The notes: a model not told the origin generated them from the sequence alone. Counted from the stretch's first letter, positions 19,941-29,131 are shown. The stretch: 47,332 nt of DNA from Christensenellaceae bacterium (GCA_045632585.1 JAZQWW010000031.1:1-47332), one strand, 5' to 3'. Numbers and translations: made by a program.

Positions 19941-20540
19941 TTTTTTGAATAAATCTAAAATAGTTTTTATAACCATATCTCTCATTACGAAATAATCAAT
20001 ATATTCGTGCTTATCAAAAATATATTCGTGTGAAAATGATTGAACTATATTTATAGAAAAGTGAATTTTTTCCACAAGATTTTCTAATTCTTCACCAAGA
20101 CTTTTAAGCCTGTTTACAATTTTCAAAGTAATTTGGTCTTCAAGTGAAATAAATTCGGTATTAACCGCTTCGTCGGTGCTAGCAAGCGAGTGTAAGGCTT
20201 CGTGCATTTTTGCATTTTTCTTGTGAATTTTAATGGCTAAATCTATAACTTGTGGAATAATTTCAGCATAATTTAAGGGTGCGCTTATTCTGTCGAACAA
20301 TTTTAAAATAGGGTCGAACGCTTTGTTTACGTATATGTCTAGCGCTGAAATTAAAATATCTCGCTTGTCTTGAAAATACCCGTAAACGATACCTGTAGAT
20401 ACGCCTGCATGCTTTGCAATTTCAGCAGTATTAGTACCGTAATATCCAACTTCAGAAAATAATTTATAGCCGGCTTCAATTATTTTTTTCTTTTTTTCAA
20501 TCGACCTAGTTTGTTTAGGTTCTCTAACGTCTTTTTTCAT
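19938..20540 (-). CDS. TetR/AcrR family transcriptional regulator
   Basis: N-terminal HTH KIIEAGYKLFSEVGYYGTNTAEIAKHAGVSTGIVYGYF. 200 aa. Divergent from feoA. Confidence 0.9.
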   Translation of the reverse strand: MKKDVREPKQTRSIEKKKKIIEAGYKLFSEVGYYGTNTAEIAKHAGVSTGIVYGYFQDKRDILISALDIYVNKAFDPILKLFDRISAPLNYAEIIPQVIDLAIKIHKKNAKMHEALHSLASTDEAVNTEFISLEDQITLKIVNRLKSLGEELENLVEKIHFSINIVQSFSHEYIFDKHEYIDYFVMRDMVIKTILDLFKK

Positions 20541-20546
20541 AACAAT

Positions 20547-20575
20547 ATTATATAATACATATTCAAAATTTGCAA
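20547..20575 (-). promoter_or_regulatory. Sigma-A-type promoter of tetR
   Basis: Minus strand reads TTGCAA, 17 nt, TATAAT, then ATTGTT-ATG. Confidence 0.5.
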
Positions 20576-20614
20576 CAAATTTTTTAAAAACCTGAAAAAT
20601 GTTTCACATTTTGC

Positions 20615-20643
20615 TTGACACACTTTTTTCGTTATGATAAAAT
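20615..20643 (+). promoter_or_regulatory. Sigma-A-type promoter of the feo operon
   Basis: TTGACA, 17 nt, TGaTAAAAT (extended -10). Confidence 0.6.
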
Positions 20644-20650
20644 ATTGTCA
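20635..20650. promoter_or_regulatory. Fur-box-like inverted repeat overlapping the feo -10
   Basis: TGATAAA-AT-ATTGTCA. Each arm matches 6/7 of TGATAAT/ATTATCA, but with a 2-nt rather than 1-nt centre. Confidence 0.3.
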
Positions 20651-20652
20651 TA

Positions 20653-20674
20653 AATATGAAATTTATTTCATATT
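20653..20674. promoter_or_regulatory. Perfect 10-2-10 palindrome (candidate operator) between the feo promoter and RBS
   Basis: AATATGAAAT-TT-ATTTCATATT. An 8/10 copy of one arm (AATACATATT, 20554-20563) lies in the tetR promoter spacer. Confidence 0.45.
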
Positions 20675-20690
20675 CTTAAGAGAGGTAATT

Positions 20691-20918
20691 ATGAAGGTTT
20701 TAAGTAAATTCAAGATTGGTGAAACTGGAATAGTATATAAGGTAGAAGGAGAGCCTAGAATTAGAAGAAGACTTTTTGATATGGGCGTCACTCCGGGGAC
20801 TGAAATTTATTTAAGAAAGAAAGCGCCGTTTGGTGACCCTATAGAAATAAATATTCGTGGTTATGAGTTAACTTTAAGATTAGCAGAAGCCGAGCACGTT
20901 TTAATGGAGGTTAAGTAG
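20691..20918 (+). CDS. feoA: Ferrous iron transport protein A (FeoA)
   Basis: 75 aa, LSKFKIGETGIVYKV...RRRLFDMGVTPGTEI (FeoA SH3-like). ATG 20691 follows AGAGG. The listed 20634 start lies in the promoter. Confidence 0.9.
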   Translation: MKVLSKFKIGETGIVYKVEGEPRIRRRLFDMGVTPGTEIYLRKKAPFGDPIEINIRGYELTLRLAEAEHVLMEVK

Positions 20919-23194
20919 TGAAAAGTTTTGCATTAGTTGGTAATCCTAATTCGGGAAAGACCACGCTTTTTAATAGTTTAACCGGTTCAACTGCGCACGT
21001 GGGCAACTGGCCGGGTGTGACGGTTGATAAAAAAGAAGGGACTTATAAAAAAGGTGACGAACCTATTTCAATAATTGATTTACCAGGTATTTATTCTCTT
21101 TCGCCGTATACGCCTGAAGAAGTAATTTCAAGAAATTATATTTTAGACGAAAAACCCGATTGTGTAATAAATATTGTTGACGTGACTAATCTTGAGCGTA
21201 ATTTATATTTAACGACACAAGTATTAGAAATGGACGTTCCGGTTGTCGTTGCTCTTAATATGATGGACGTAATAGAAAAGCAAGGTGATAAAATCGACGA
21301 AAAACTTCTTGAAAAACGTATAGGGGTTCCCGTTGTAAAGATATCGGCGCTTAAAGGAAGTGGGCTTGGCGAATTGATGGATACGGCGCAAAAAATTTGT
21401 GCCAAAGAGAGAAAAGGTTTTACAGTTTTAGAAGATTCAAAAATTTCGCACCTAATAGGCGACGTTAAACTTGCGCTAGACGGTCAAGACGTTGATAATC
21501 CACTTTTTCACGCAATAAAACTAATTGAAAACGATGAACTTGAAATAAAGATGCACCCAAACACTTTAAAGACGGTACAAGTTTTCAAAGAGTGGTTTAA
21601 AGACGACCTTTTCGGTACTGATTTAGAAGCGCTTATCGCTGATGCGAGATACAAATACATATCAAAACACTATTCTTCTACTTATACTAAAAAAAGTAAA
21701 GGCATAGTGGAAACCAAATCCGATAAAATTGACAAAGTGTTAACTAGTAAATGGTTCGGTATTCCAATATTTATAGCATTACTTTTTGCAATGTTCCATT
21801 TAACGTTTAGCGAAGACTTTTTGTATTTAGGAAAGATATTTAATTTGCCGGAACTAGATATGGGCGATAGTTTTTGGGCGTCACTAGTTGGTTGTTTTTA
21901 CGACGGCGCAGTTTATTCGCCGGGTGCAATACTGTTTAATTTAACGGGACTTATAACTGAAACGTTATTTGGATTATTGATTAGTTTAATAGAAAGTTTA
22001 GGCGCTTCGCCAGTTCTTCTAAGTTTCTTAGGTGACGGTGTTTTCGGCGGACTAATAAGCGTACTTTCTTTCGTTCCTCAAATCGTATTCCTATTATTGA
22101 TACTTTCTATTCTTGAAGATAGTGGATATATGGCTAGAGTTGCCTTTATTTTAGATAGAATTTTCCGTCGTTTCGGCGTTTCCGGTAGGGCGTTTATCCC
22201 TATGGTAATGGGGTTTGGGTGTTCAATCCCTGCAATGATTAATACTAGAACGCTTGCTGACGAAAGAGAAAAAACTATGACGATAAGAACTATACCGTTC
22301 TTTTCTTGTGGTGCAAAACTTCCTATACTTTCGGCAATTTCGGGCGCTGTAGCGTCAATTATGGGTTTTGACGGTGGAATAATAAGTTTTTCGATGTATC
22401 TACTAGGTATGATTACGGCAGTAGTTAGCATACTTCTTATGCGTTCAACGACTCAACGTGGAGAAGTTTCTCCGTTTATTATGGAACTTCCTGCATATCG
22501 ATTACCAAGTTCCCACGCACTTATGATACATTTATGGGATAAAACCAAACACTATATTGAGAAAGTATTTACCATAATTTTACTCTCAACAATCGTAATT
22601 TGGCTTCTAACTAACTTTAGTTGGGGTTGGGAATTTTTATTGCAAGAAGTTGACGGTCAAATGGTAAACTTGCGTATTGACGAAAGTATTTTGGGTTCTA
22701 TAGGTAGGTTTATTCAACCGTTATTTACGCCACTTGGTCTTGGTGTTCAACTTAATTCTAACGGTTGGGTATTTGCTGTTGCTACTATTACAGGACTTAT
22801 CGCAAAAGAAAACGTAATATCTACTTTCGGGGCGTTGTCTGCCTGCATAGCCGGTAGTATGGTTGCAACTGAAGAAGGCGTATCAGAAGTTCTTACAATG
22901 ATGGCAAGCGTAGGTGTAAATCCAAACACTTTATGGCCTGCAATGATAGCCTTTATAGTGTTTAATATGACTACTATTCCGTGTTTTGCAGCAGTTGCCG
23001 CCGCTAAAGGCGAAACGCCAAAAGGCAAATTCAAGTGGACGCTACTATTTTGGATTACCGTTTCTTACGTTGCTGGAACAATTACGTATTTGGTGCTTTC
23101 TTGGTGGTGGACAGTGTTTATAATTATATCGCTAGCCTTCGTAGTAGGCTTTGCTTTAAAAGTTTATAATAAAAAATATCCCGTAAGGAAATAG
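20918..23194 (+). CDS. feoB: Ferrous iron transporter FeoB
   Basis: N-terminal G domain (GNPNSGKTTLFN, DLPGIYSL, NMMD) plus a polytopic membrane domain. GTG start overlaps the feoA TAG (TAGTG). Confidence 0.95.
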   Translation: MKSFALVGNPNSGKTTLFNSLTGSTAHVGNWPGVTVDKKEGTYKKGDEPISIIDLPGIYSLSPYTPEEVISRNYILDEKPDCVINIVDVTNLERNLYLTTQVLEMDVPVVVALNMMDVIEKQGDKIDEKLLEKRIGVPVVKISALKGSGLGELMDTAQKICAKERKGFTVLEDSKISHLIGDVKLALDGQDVDNPLFHAIKLIENDELEIKMHPNTLKTVQVFKEWFKDDLFGTDLEALIADARYKYISKHYSSTYTKKSKGIVETKSDKIDKVLTSKWFGIPIFIALLFAMFHLTFSEDFLYLGKIFNLPELDMGDSFWASLVGCFYDGAVYSPGAILFNLTGLITETLFGLLISLIESLGASPVLLSFLGDGVFGGLISVLSFVPQIVFLLLILSILEDSGYMARVAFILDRIFRRFGVSGRAFIPMVMGFGCSIPAMINTRTLADEREKTMTIRTIPFFSCGAKLPILSAISGAVASIMGFDGGIISFSMYLLGMITAVVSILLMRSTTQRGEVSPFIMELPAYRLPSSHALMIHLWDKTKHYIEKVFTIILLSTIVIWLLTNFSWGWEFLLQEVDGQMVNLRIDESILGSIGRFIQPLFTPLGLGVQLNSNGWVFAVATITGLIAKENVISTFGALSACIAGSMVATEEGVSEVLTMMASVGVNPNTLWPAMIAFIVFNMTTIPCFAAVAAAKGETPKGKFKWTLLFWITVSYVAGTITYLVLSWWWTVFIIISLAFVVGFALKVYNKKYPVRK

Positions 23195-23196
23195 AT

Positions 23197-23361
23197 ATGA
23201 AACCGATTGATTACGTAATAATAGGCGTGATAATTATAGCCGTAGCATTTTCAATATTCACGCTAGTAAGGAACAAAAAGAAAGGCAAAAACTCTTGTGG
23301 GTGTGATTGCAAAAATTGTAGCGGGTGCTATATACAAAAAGAAAACAAAATAGATAAGTAA
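23197..23361 (+). CDS. FeoB-associated Cys-rich small membrane protein (54 aa)
   Basis: Not in the ORF track (<60 aa). The ATG is 2 nt after the feoB stop. MKPIDYVIIGVIIIAVAFSIFTLVRNKKKGKNSCGCDCKNCSGCYIQKENKIDK = one TM helix + basic stretch + CxCxC-x3-CxxC. A hairpin follows. Confidence 0.7.
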   Translation: MKPIDYVIIGVIIIAVAFSIFTLVRNKKKGKNSCGCDCKNCSGCYIQKENKIDK

Positions 23362-23371
23362 ATATCAAAAT

Positions 23372-23404
23372 AAAGCCAAGTGTTAATTTTAACCTTGGCT
23401 TTAA
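23372..23404 (+). terminator. Hairpin terminator after the feo operon
   Basis: AAAGCCAAG...CTTGGCTTT with an inner GTTA/TAAC extension. The T-tract is weak (TTTAATT). Confidence 0.5.
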
Positions 23405-23438
23405 TTATATTCTTTTTGATAAAAATAGAGTATATGAC

Positions 23439-23467
23439 TTGAAAAAAAACACAATATATAGTAAAAT
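23439..23467 (+). promoter_or_regulatory. Sigma-A-type promoter of the topoisomerase pair
   Basis: TTGAAA, 17 nt, TAAAAT. Confidence 0.45.
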
Positions 23468-23496
23468 AAATAAAATGGCATTTTTTGGGAGGACTA

Positions 23497-25446
23497 ATGG
23501 CTAAAAATTCTTACAAGGCGGAAGACATAAAAATTCTCGAAGGGCTTGACGCTGTTAGAATGCGTCCCGGTATGTATATCGGAACGACGGGGATTAAAGG
23601 ACTTCACCATATTTTATGGGAAATAGTTGATAACGCCGTTGACGAAGCGGCAAACGGTTTTGCCGATAAAATTTCAATTAGGCTATATAAAGACGGTAGC
23701 GTTTCCGTTGAAGATAACGGTAGGGGAATTCCTACCGATATTCACTCGAAAGCAGGTGTTTCGGGTGTACAAGTCGTATTTACTCAACTTCACGCAGGTG
23801 GAAAATTCGGTGACGATAACTATAACTTTTCGGGTGGATTGCACGGCGTAGGCGCGTCGGTCACCAACGCACTATCTAAATGGCTTAAAGTTGAAGTTTA
23901 TAAAAAGACGGTATATTCTATGGAATTCCATAGTTATCTTGATGAAGAAACGGGCAAAATAAAATCGGGCGTACCCGTTGCTCCGCTTAAAGACACCAAA
24001 GTAAAAACCACAAAGCACGGAACTTTCGTTAGATTTATGCCTGACGATAGAGTTTTTGAAACGATAGAATTCGTTCCTGAAACCATACTAAAAAGACTAA
24101 AGGAAATTGCTTTCTTAAATAAGAATATTACCATAGAGTTCTATGACGAGCATACCGATTTTTCTAGAATTTATCATTACGAGGGTGGATTAGTAGACTT
24201 TATTAAATTTACTAACGAGGGGAAGACCGTTTTATACGATAATCCGTTATATATGAGTGCCGAAAAGGACGGCATAAACGTAGAAATTGCTATACAACAC
24301 ACTAATAATTACGTGGATAGCGTATTTTCCTACGTAAACAACATTCCAACTGGCGAAGGTGGTATGCACGAAACGGGCTTCCGTTCGGGGCTTACAAGAA
24401 GTCTAAACGATTACGCTAGAAATAAAAACATCTTAAAAGATAAAGACGATAATTTACTTGGCGACGATTTTAAGGAAGGCTTAACTGCAATCGTTTCTAT
24501 AAAAATGCAAAACGTCCAGTTTGAAGGTCAAACCAAAACCAAACTAGGCAACCCTGAAGCAAGACCTGCCGTTGAATACGTGACGGTGAACGAACTTCAA
24601 ACGCTAATGAATAATAAAAAACTTTCTAAAACGTTTGAAATAATTCTTGCTAAAGCAATGGGTGCAGCAAAAGCAAGACTTGCTGCAAAAAAAGCCAAAG
24701 AAATGGCAAGGGCAAGCAAAAGCATAGACTCACTTAATTTAGTGGGTAAACTTGCGGCGTGTTCTGGTAGAAAAGCCGAACTTAACGAATTATTTATCGT
24801 AGAAGGCGACTCGGCGGGTGGTAGTGCAAAGCAAGCAAGGGTTAGACAATATCAAGCCATTTTACCACTTAAGGGAAAACCACTTAACGTAGAAAAGAAA
24901 AAACCTGAACAAATTATTCAAAACGAAGAAATTAGGACTATAATATCGGCGTTAGGCACGGGTATCGGTGCAGAATTTGATATTGAAGACTTAAAATATC
25001 ATAAAGTAATAATTCTTTCCGACGCTGACGTTGACGGTAGCCATATAAGAGCAATACTTTTAACGTTCTTCTTTAGATATATGCGTGAACTAATAAACGA
25101 AGGTCACGTTTATATAGGTATGCCACCACTTTATAAGGTTTCAAAAGGAAACGTAGTTGAATATGCGTATAACGACAATGAACTTCAACAAAAAATAGAA
25201 AAAGTTGGTAAAGGTTATACAATTCAAAGATACAAAGGTCTTGGCGAAATGGACGCTACTCAACTTTGGGAAACGACTATGAACCCTGAAACTAGGTCAA
25301 TGATACAAGTGACTATTGAAGACGCCGCTGAAGCCGATAGGCTTATAACCGTTTTAATGGGTGACGAAGTTGGCGAAAGAAAGAAATATATCTTCGAACA
25401 CGCACAGTTTAACAAAGAAGATAAATTCGCTAAAATCAAACGCTAA
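23497..25446 (+). CDS. parE: Type IIA topoisomerase ATPase subunit (GyrB/ParE family; ParE favoured)
   Basis: GLDAVRMRPGMYIG, HHILWEIVDNAVDE, EGDSAGGSAKQ, PLKGKPLNVE motifs. ATG 23497 follows GGGAGGA. The ParE assignment rests on the partner subunit lacking a GyrA box. Confidence 0.85.
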   Translation: MAKNSYKAEDIKILEGLDAVRMRPGMYIGTTGIKGLHHILWEIVDNAVDEAANGFADKISIRLYKDGSVSVEDNGRGIPTDIHSKAGVSGVQVVFTQLHAGGKFGDDNYNFSGGLHGVGASVTNALSKWLKVEVYKKTVYSMEFHSYLDEETGKIKSGVPVAPLKDTKVKTTKHGTFVRFMPDDRVFETIEFVPETILKRLKEIAFLNKNITIEFYDEHTDFSRIYHYEGGLVDFIKFTNEGKTVLYDNPLYMSAEKDGINVEIAIQHTNNYVDSVFSYVNNIPTGEGGMHETGFRSGLTRSLNDYARNKNILKDKDDNLLGDDFKEGLTAIVSIKMQNVQFEGQTKTKLGNPEARPAVEYVTVNELQTLMNNKKLSKTFEIILAKAMGAAKARLAAKKAKEMARASKSIDSLNLVGKLAACSGRKAELNELFIVEGDSAGGSAKQARVRQYQAILPLKGKPLNVEKKKPEQIIQNEEIRTIISALGTGIGAEFDIEDLKYHKVIILSDADVDGSHIRAILLTFFFRYMRELINEGHVYIGMPPLYKVSKGNVVEYAYNDNELQQKIEKVGKGYTIQRYKGLGEMDATQLWETTMNPETRSMIQVTIEDAAEADRLITVLMGDEVGERKKYIFEHAQFNKEDKFAKIKR

Positions 25447-25461
25447 AATAGGTAAGAGATT

Positions 25462-27879
25462 ATGGAAAATAAAAAGGAACTAATTTTTAATTCAATCGGC
25501 GACGTTCTAAAGGATTCAATGATAGCGTACGCTGAAGACGTTATTTTAGATAGAGCGCTTCCAAGAGTTGAAGACGGATTAAAGCCCGTACAAAGAAGAA
25601 TACTTTACGCAATGCACGAAATGGGACTTGCGCCCGATAAACCACACAAAAAATGTGCAAAAATAGTCGGTGAATGTTTAGGTAAATTCCACCCACACGG
25701 CGATAGTTCGGTTTACGGTGCGTTAGTGCATTTAGCGCAAGATTTTAATATGCGTATGCCACTAATTAACGGACACGGAAACTTCGGTACTATTGACGGC
25801 GACTCTGCCGCAGCGTATAGATATACCGAAGCCAAACTTGAAACTTTAGCATTAGAATTACTAAAAGACATAGATAAAGATACCGTTGATTTTAGTCTTA
25901 ACTTCGACGATACGGCTTTAGAACCTAATACTTTACCGGGTAGATTTCCAAACTTACTCGTAAACGGCGCAACGGGTATAGCAGTAGGTCTTGCAACTAA
26001 TATTCCTACGCATAATTTATCTGAAGTTATAAACGGAACGATAGCGTATATCGATAACCCAAAAATTACGCTTAAAGCAATGATGAAATATATACCAGCG
26101 CCAGACTTTCCAACGGGCGCGTATATAATTGCTGGTGAAGAACTTGAAGAAGCGTATAAAACGGGTAGAGGTAAAATCAAACTTCGTGCAAGAACCACCA
26201 TTGAAAAAGAAAGTGGCGATAGACAAAATATAATAATATCTGAAATACCATACCAAGTAAATAAAGCCGAACTTCTTCGTAAGATTTCAGAACTTAAAGA
26301 AGAAAAGAAAGATATTTTAGGCGGAATTGCGGATATCGTTGACGAATCGGATAGAAACGGTATGCGTGCAGTTATAAAACTTAGAAAAGAAGTAGACCCG
26401 AATAAGATTTTAAAATATCTTTATAAAAATACTTCGCTAGAAACTACTTTCGGTATAAATATGGTAGCGATAGCAAATGGTAAGCCTTGTCAACTAGGGC
26501 TTCTTGATATAATTTCTTATTACGTAAACTATCAAAGAGAAGTAGTACTTCGCAGAAGTAAATACGATTTAGAAAGAGCCAAAGAAAGAGCGCATATTTT
26601 AGAAGGCTTAATTATAGCCGTTAAAAATATTGATGAAGTTATAAAGATAATTAAAAGTGCTGACAATACTACTGATGCTAGACAAAAATTAAGAGCAAGG
26701 TTTAATTTAACAGAAGTTCAAGCAAGCGCTATACTTGATTTAAGGCTAGCAAGACTTACCAAACTTGAAGTTAATAAACTAGTAGACGAACTTGAAGGTC
26801 TTAAAAAACTTATTACCGAACTTTCTGCCGTAGTAGGTAGCAAAGCAAAACAAATGGAAATCGTAAAAAGCGAACTTCTTGAAATTAAGAAAAAATATAA
26901 GACCGAAAGAAGAAGTAAACTTATCGGCGTTTCAATCGAAGAAAACGCCAGCGATATAGAAGAAGACTTAAAACCTGTTGAAGATTTCGTTATTGCGATA
27001 ACAAACGCAAAAACGTTTAAGAAAATGACGGAACATAATTTTAAGTCAAGCAGTAGAAAAACCGATTCAAGTGCAGTAAACGATGCAATTTTATCGCACG
27101 TGACGGCGAATAGTTTACAAACGGTAATAGCATTTACTAATCTTGGAAACGCCGTTAAAATTAACGTGGCATCAGCACCAGAGTGTAGATTCCGTGATAA
27201 AGGAGTTAAGTTTAGCGAAATTTGTGGCGAAGTGCTTAAAAACGAATATCCAGTTGCATTGTTTACCGTTGATTTAGATAAACTACCTGAAGGTAATTTA
27301 TTATTCTTTACTAAAGACGGACTTATTAAAAAGACTGAGTGGAAAGAATATAATTTATTAAAGCCATATTATCAAGCAATTAAACTTAAAGACGGCGACG
27401 AACTAATAGGCGTTGAAATCGACCAAAACGAAACGACTATAGCATATATAACGGCACAAGGTCTATCTCTCAATGCGTTAAAGGACGATATTCCTATTCA
27501 AGGCAGAGTTGCCGGTGGCGTAAAGGGAATAAATCTAAATAAAGGCGATAAGATAGTATTCGTTTCGCAAATAGACGAAGAAGGCGAATTCGTTATTATT
27601 ACCGATACCGGCTTTTATAAAAAAGTCATAGCGTCCGAAATCGAGCCTATGGCAAGATATAGAAAAGGCATAAAGATTTGTGAACTTGGCAAGGTAAATA
27701 AAGTGGTTTACGCAGGCTACGTTAAAGAGCCGTACGATATTTTAATCGTGGATAATTTTGGCGTTCCGTTCGTAGTTAATACCGAAGATATTTCTATAGA
27801 AAATAGAACTACAAAAGGCAAGACCTTAAAGAATGAAAACAAAAAACGCTTACCAGAACAAGTATTCAAAATTAAATAA
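25462..27879 (+). CDS. parC: Type IIA topoisomerase breakage-reunion subunit (GyrA/ParC family; ParC favoured)
   Basis: DGLKPVQRRILYAM, HPHGDSSVYGALV, AAYRYTEAKL (catalytic Tyr). I find no QRRGGKG-type GyrA box in the C-terminal domain. Confidence 0.85.
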   Translation: MENKKELIFNSIGDVLKDSMIAYAEDVILDRALPRVEDGLKPVQRRILYAMHEMGLAPDKPHKKCAKIVGECLGKFHPHGDSSVYGALVHLAQDFNMRMPLINGHGNFGTIDGDSAAAYRYTEAKLETLALELLKDIDKDTVDFSLNFDDTALEPNTLPGRFPNLLVNGATGIAVGLATNIPTHNLSEVINGTIAYIDNPKITLKAMMKYIPAPDFPTGAYIIAGEELEEAYKTGRGKIKLRARTTIEKESGDRQNIIISEIPYQVNKAELLRKISELKEEKKDILGGIADIVDESDRNGMRAVIKLRKEVDPNKILKYLYKNTSLETTFGINMVAIANGKPCQLGLLDIISYYVNYQREVVLRRSKYDLERAKERAHILEGLIIAVKNIDEVIKIIKSADNTTDARQKLRARFNLTEVQASAILDLRLARLTKLEVNKLVDELEGLKKLITELSAVVGSKAKQMEIVKSELLEIKKKYKTERRSKLIGVSIEENASDIEEDLKPVEDFVIAITNAKTFKKMTEHNFKSSSRKTDSSAVNDAILSHVTANSLQTVIAFTNLGNAVKINVASAPECRFRDKGVKFSEICGEVLKNEYPVALFTVDLDKLPEGNLLFFTKDGLIKKTEWKEYNLLKPYYQAIKLKDGDELIGVEIDQNETTIAYITAQGLSLNALKDDIPIQGRVAGGVKGINLNKGDKIVFVSQIDEEGEFVIITDTGFYKKVIASEIEPMARYRKGIKICELGKVNKVVYAGYVKEPYDILIVDNFGVPFVVNTEDISIENRTTKGKTLKNENKKRLPEQVFKIK

Positions 27880-27882
27880 AAG

Positions 27883-27909
27883 AAAACCACGCTTGATGCG
27901 TGGTTTTTT
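27883..27909. terminator. Bidirectional terminator between parC-like and ychF
   Basis: AAAACCACGC / GCGTGGTTTT stem, TTGAT loop, T6 tract. Confidence 0.8.
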
Positions 27910-27922
27910 ATTTATTATTATA

Positions 27923-29020
27923 TTAAACGTTAAATCTAAAGAGAACAACGTCGCCGTCTTTTATGACGTATTCTTTGCCTTCGCTACGAACTTTACCTTT
28001 TTCTTTAGCAGAGTTAAAACTACCAAGTTCAACTAGTATATCATAGTCAACGATTTCGGCACGAATAAAGCCTTTTTCAAAGTCGGTGTGAATTTTTCCC
28101 GCTGCTTGTGGCGCTTTTGTTCCTTGTTCAATCGTCCAAGCCCTAACTTCTTTTTCGCCAGCGGTAAGATAACTAAGTAGTCCTAAAGTTTTATAAGAAG
28201 TTTTTACAAGTTTATCAAGTCCACTTTCACTAACGCCAAGTTCGGCAAAAAATAGTTCTTTTTCTTCGTCGTCAAGAGATGCTAGTTCTTCTTCGGTTTT
28301 AGCGCAAATTACCATATATTCTGCGTTTTCTTCTTTAGCAAAATCTATGACTTTTTGAACTAAAGGTAGTTCGTTATAATCTTTTCCCATATCTTTTTCG
28401 CTAATATTTGCAGTATAGATAACGGGCTTTGCAGTAATTAAGAAAAGGGTTTTTAAGTATTCCTTTTCTTCATCTGTACAATCAAGTGTTCTTGCCGGCT
28501 TTAAGTCGGATAAATGATTATAAAGTCTTTCTAAAAACTCGGCTTCAATCTTGTATTTTTTATCACCTGTTTTTATCATTGATTGCGCTTTGTCTAGGCG
28601 TTTTTTAACCGATTCGGTATCGGCGAAAATAAGTTCTAGATTTATTGTTTCAATATCACGCAAAGGGTCAACTGTAGTGTCAACGTGCGTCACGTTTTCG
28701 TCTTCAAAACATCTAACAACGTGAACTATAGCGTCAGTTTCACGAATGTTTGCTAAAAATTTATTTCCAAGACCTTCGCCTTTGCTTGCACCCTTAACTA
28801 GACCTGCAATATCAACGAATTCTACTACTGCAGGGGTGACTTTTTTGGTATTATAAAGTTTAGCCAAAACGTCAAGCCTATAATCTGGTACTGCAACTAC
28901 GCCAACGTTTGGCTCAATAGTACAGAAGGGATAGTTAGCACATTCTGCTCCCGCTTTAGTTATTGCGTTAAAAAGGGTTGATTTTCCTACGTTTGGAAGT
29001 CCAACTACTCCAAGTTTCAT
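27923..29020 (-). CDS. ychF: Redox-regulated ATPase YchF
   Basis: [21 protein letters not shown], 365 aa, C-terminal TGS-like [30 protein letters not shown]. Confidence 0.96.
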   Translation of the reverse strand: MKLGVVGLPNVGKSTLFNAITKAGAECANYPFCTIEPNVGVVAVPDYRLDVLAKLYNTKKVTPAVVEFVDIAGLVKGASKGEGLGNKFLANIRETDAIVHVVRCFEDENVTHVDTTVDPLRDIETINLELIFADTESVKKRLDKAQSMIKTGDKKYKIEAEFLERLYNHLSDLKPARTLDCTDEEKEYLKTLFLITAKPVIYTANISEKDMGKDYNELPLVQKVIDFAKEENAEYMVICAKTEEELASLDDEEKELFFAELGVSESGLDKLVKTSYKTLGLLSYLTAGEKEVRAWTIEQGTKAPQAAGKIHTDFEKGFIRAEIVDYDILVELGSFNSAKEKGKVRSEGKEYVIKDGDVVLFRFNV

Positions 29021-29101
29021 TTATTTTCTCCTAAAACACAAAAAATTTATAGTATGGATACAATTATAATTCAAAAATAATTAAATTACAAGTTTTTTGT
29101 G

Positions 29102-29131
29102 TTGCATTTTTGTACAAAAATATGTTAAAAT
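29102..29131 (+). promoter_or_regulatory. Sigma-A-type promoter of argS
   Basis: TTGCAT, 18 nt, TGtTAAAAT. Confidence 0.45.

Noticed and set aside
25713-26201. 162-aa minus-strand ORF inside the parC-like gene
   Set aside because: It is a shadow ORF antisense to a highly conserved topoisomerase region, with no independent signals. The same reasoning applies to 26017..26256, 23934..24134, 7344..7751, 10449..10709, 10836..11186, 22078..22431, 36318..36716 and the other short antisense ORFs in the track.
27833-28036. 67-aa plus-strand ORF spanning the parC-like 3' end, the terminator and the ychF 3' end
   Set aside because: It crosses a strong bidirectional terminator and is antisense to ychF, so it is spurious.
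29107-29120. Perfect 14-bp palindrome TTTTTGTACAAAAA in the argS promoter spacer
   Set aside because: It is mostly homopolymeric A/T arms, which are easily produced by chance in AT-rich intergenic DNA. It does not resemble an ARG box.
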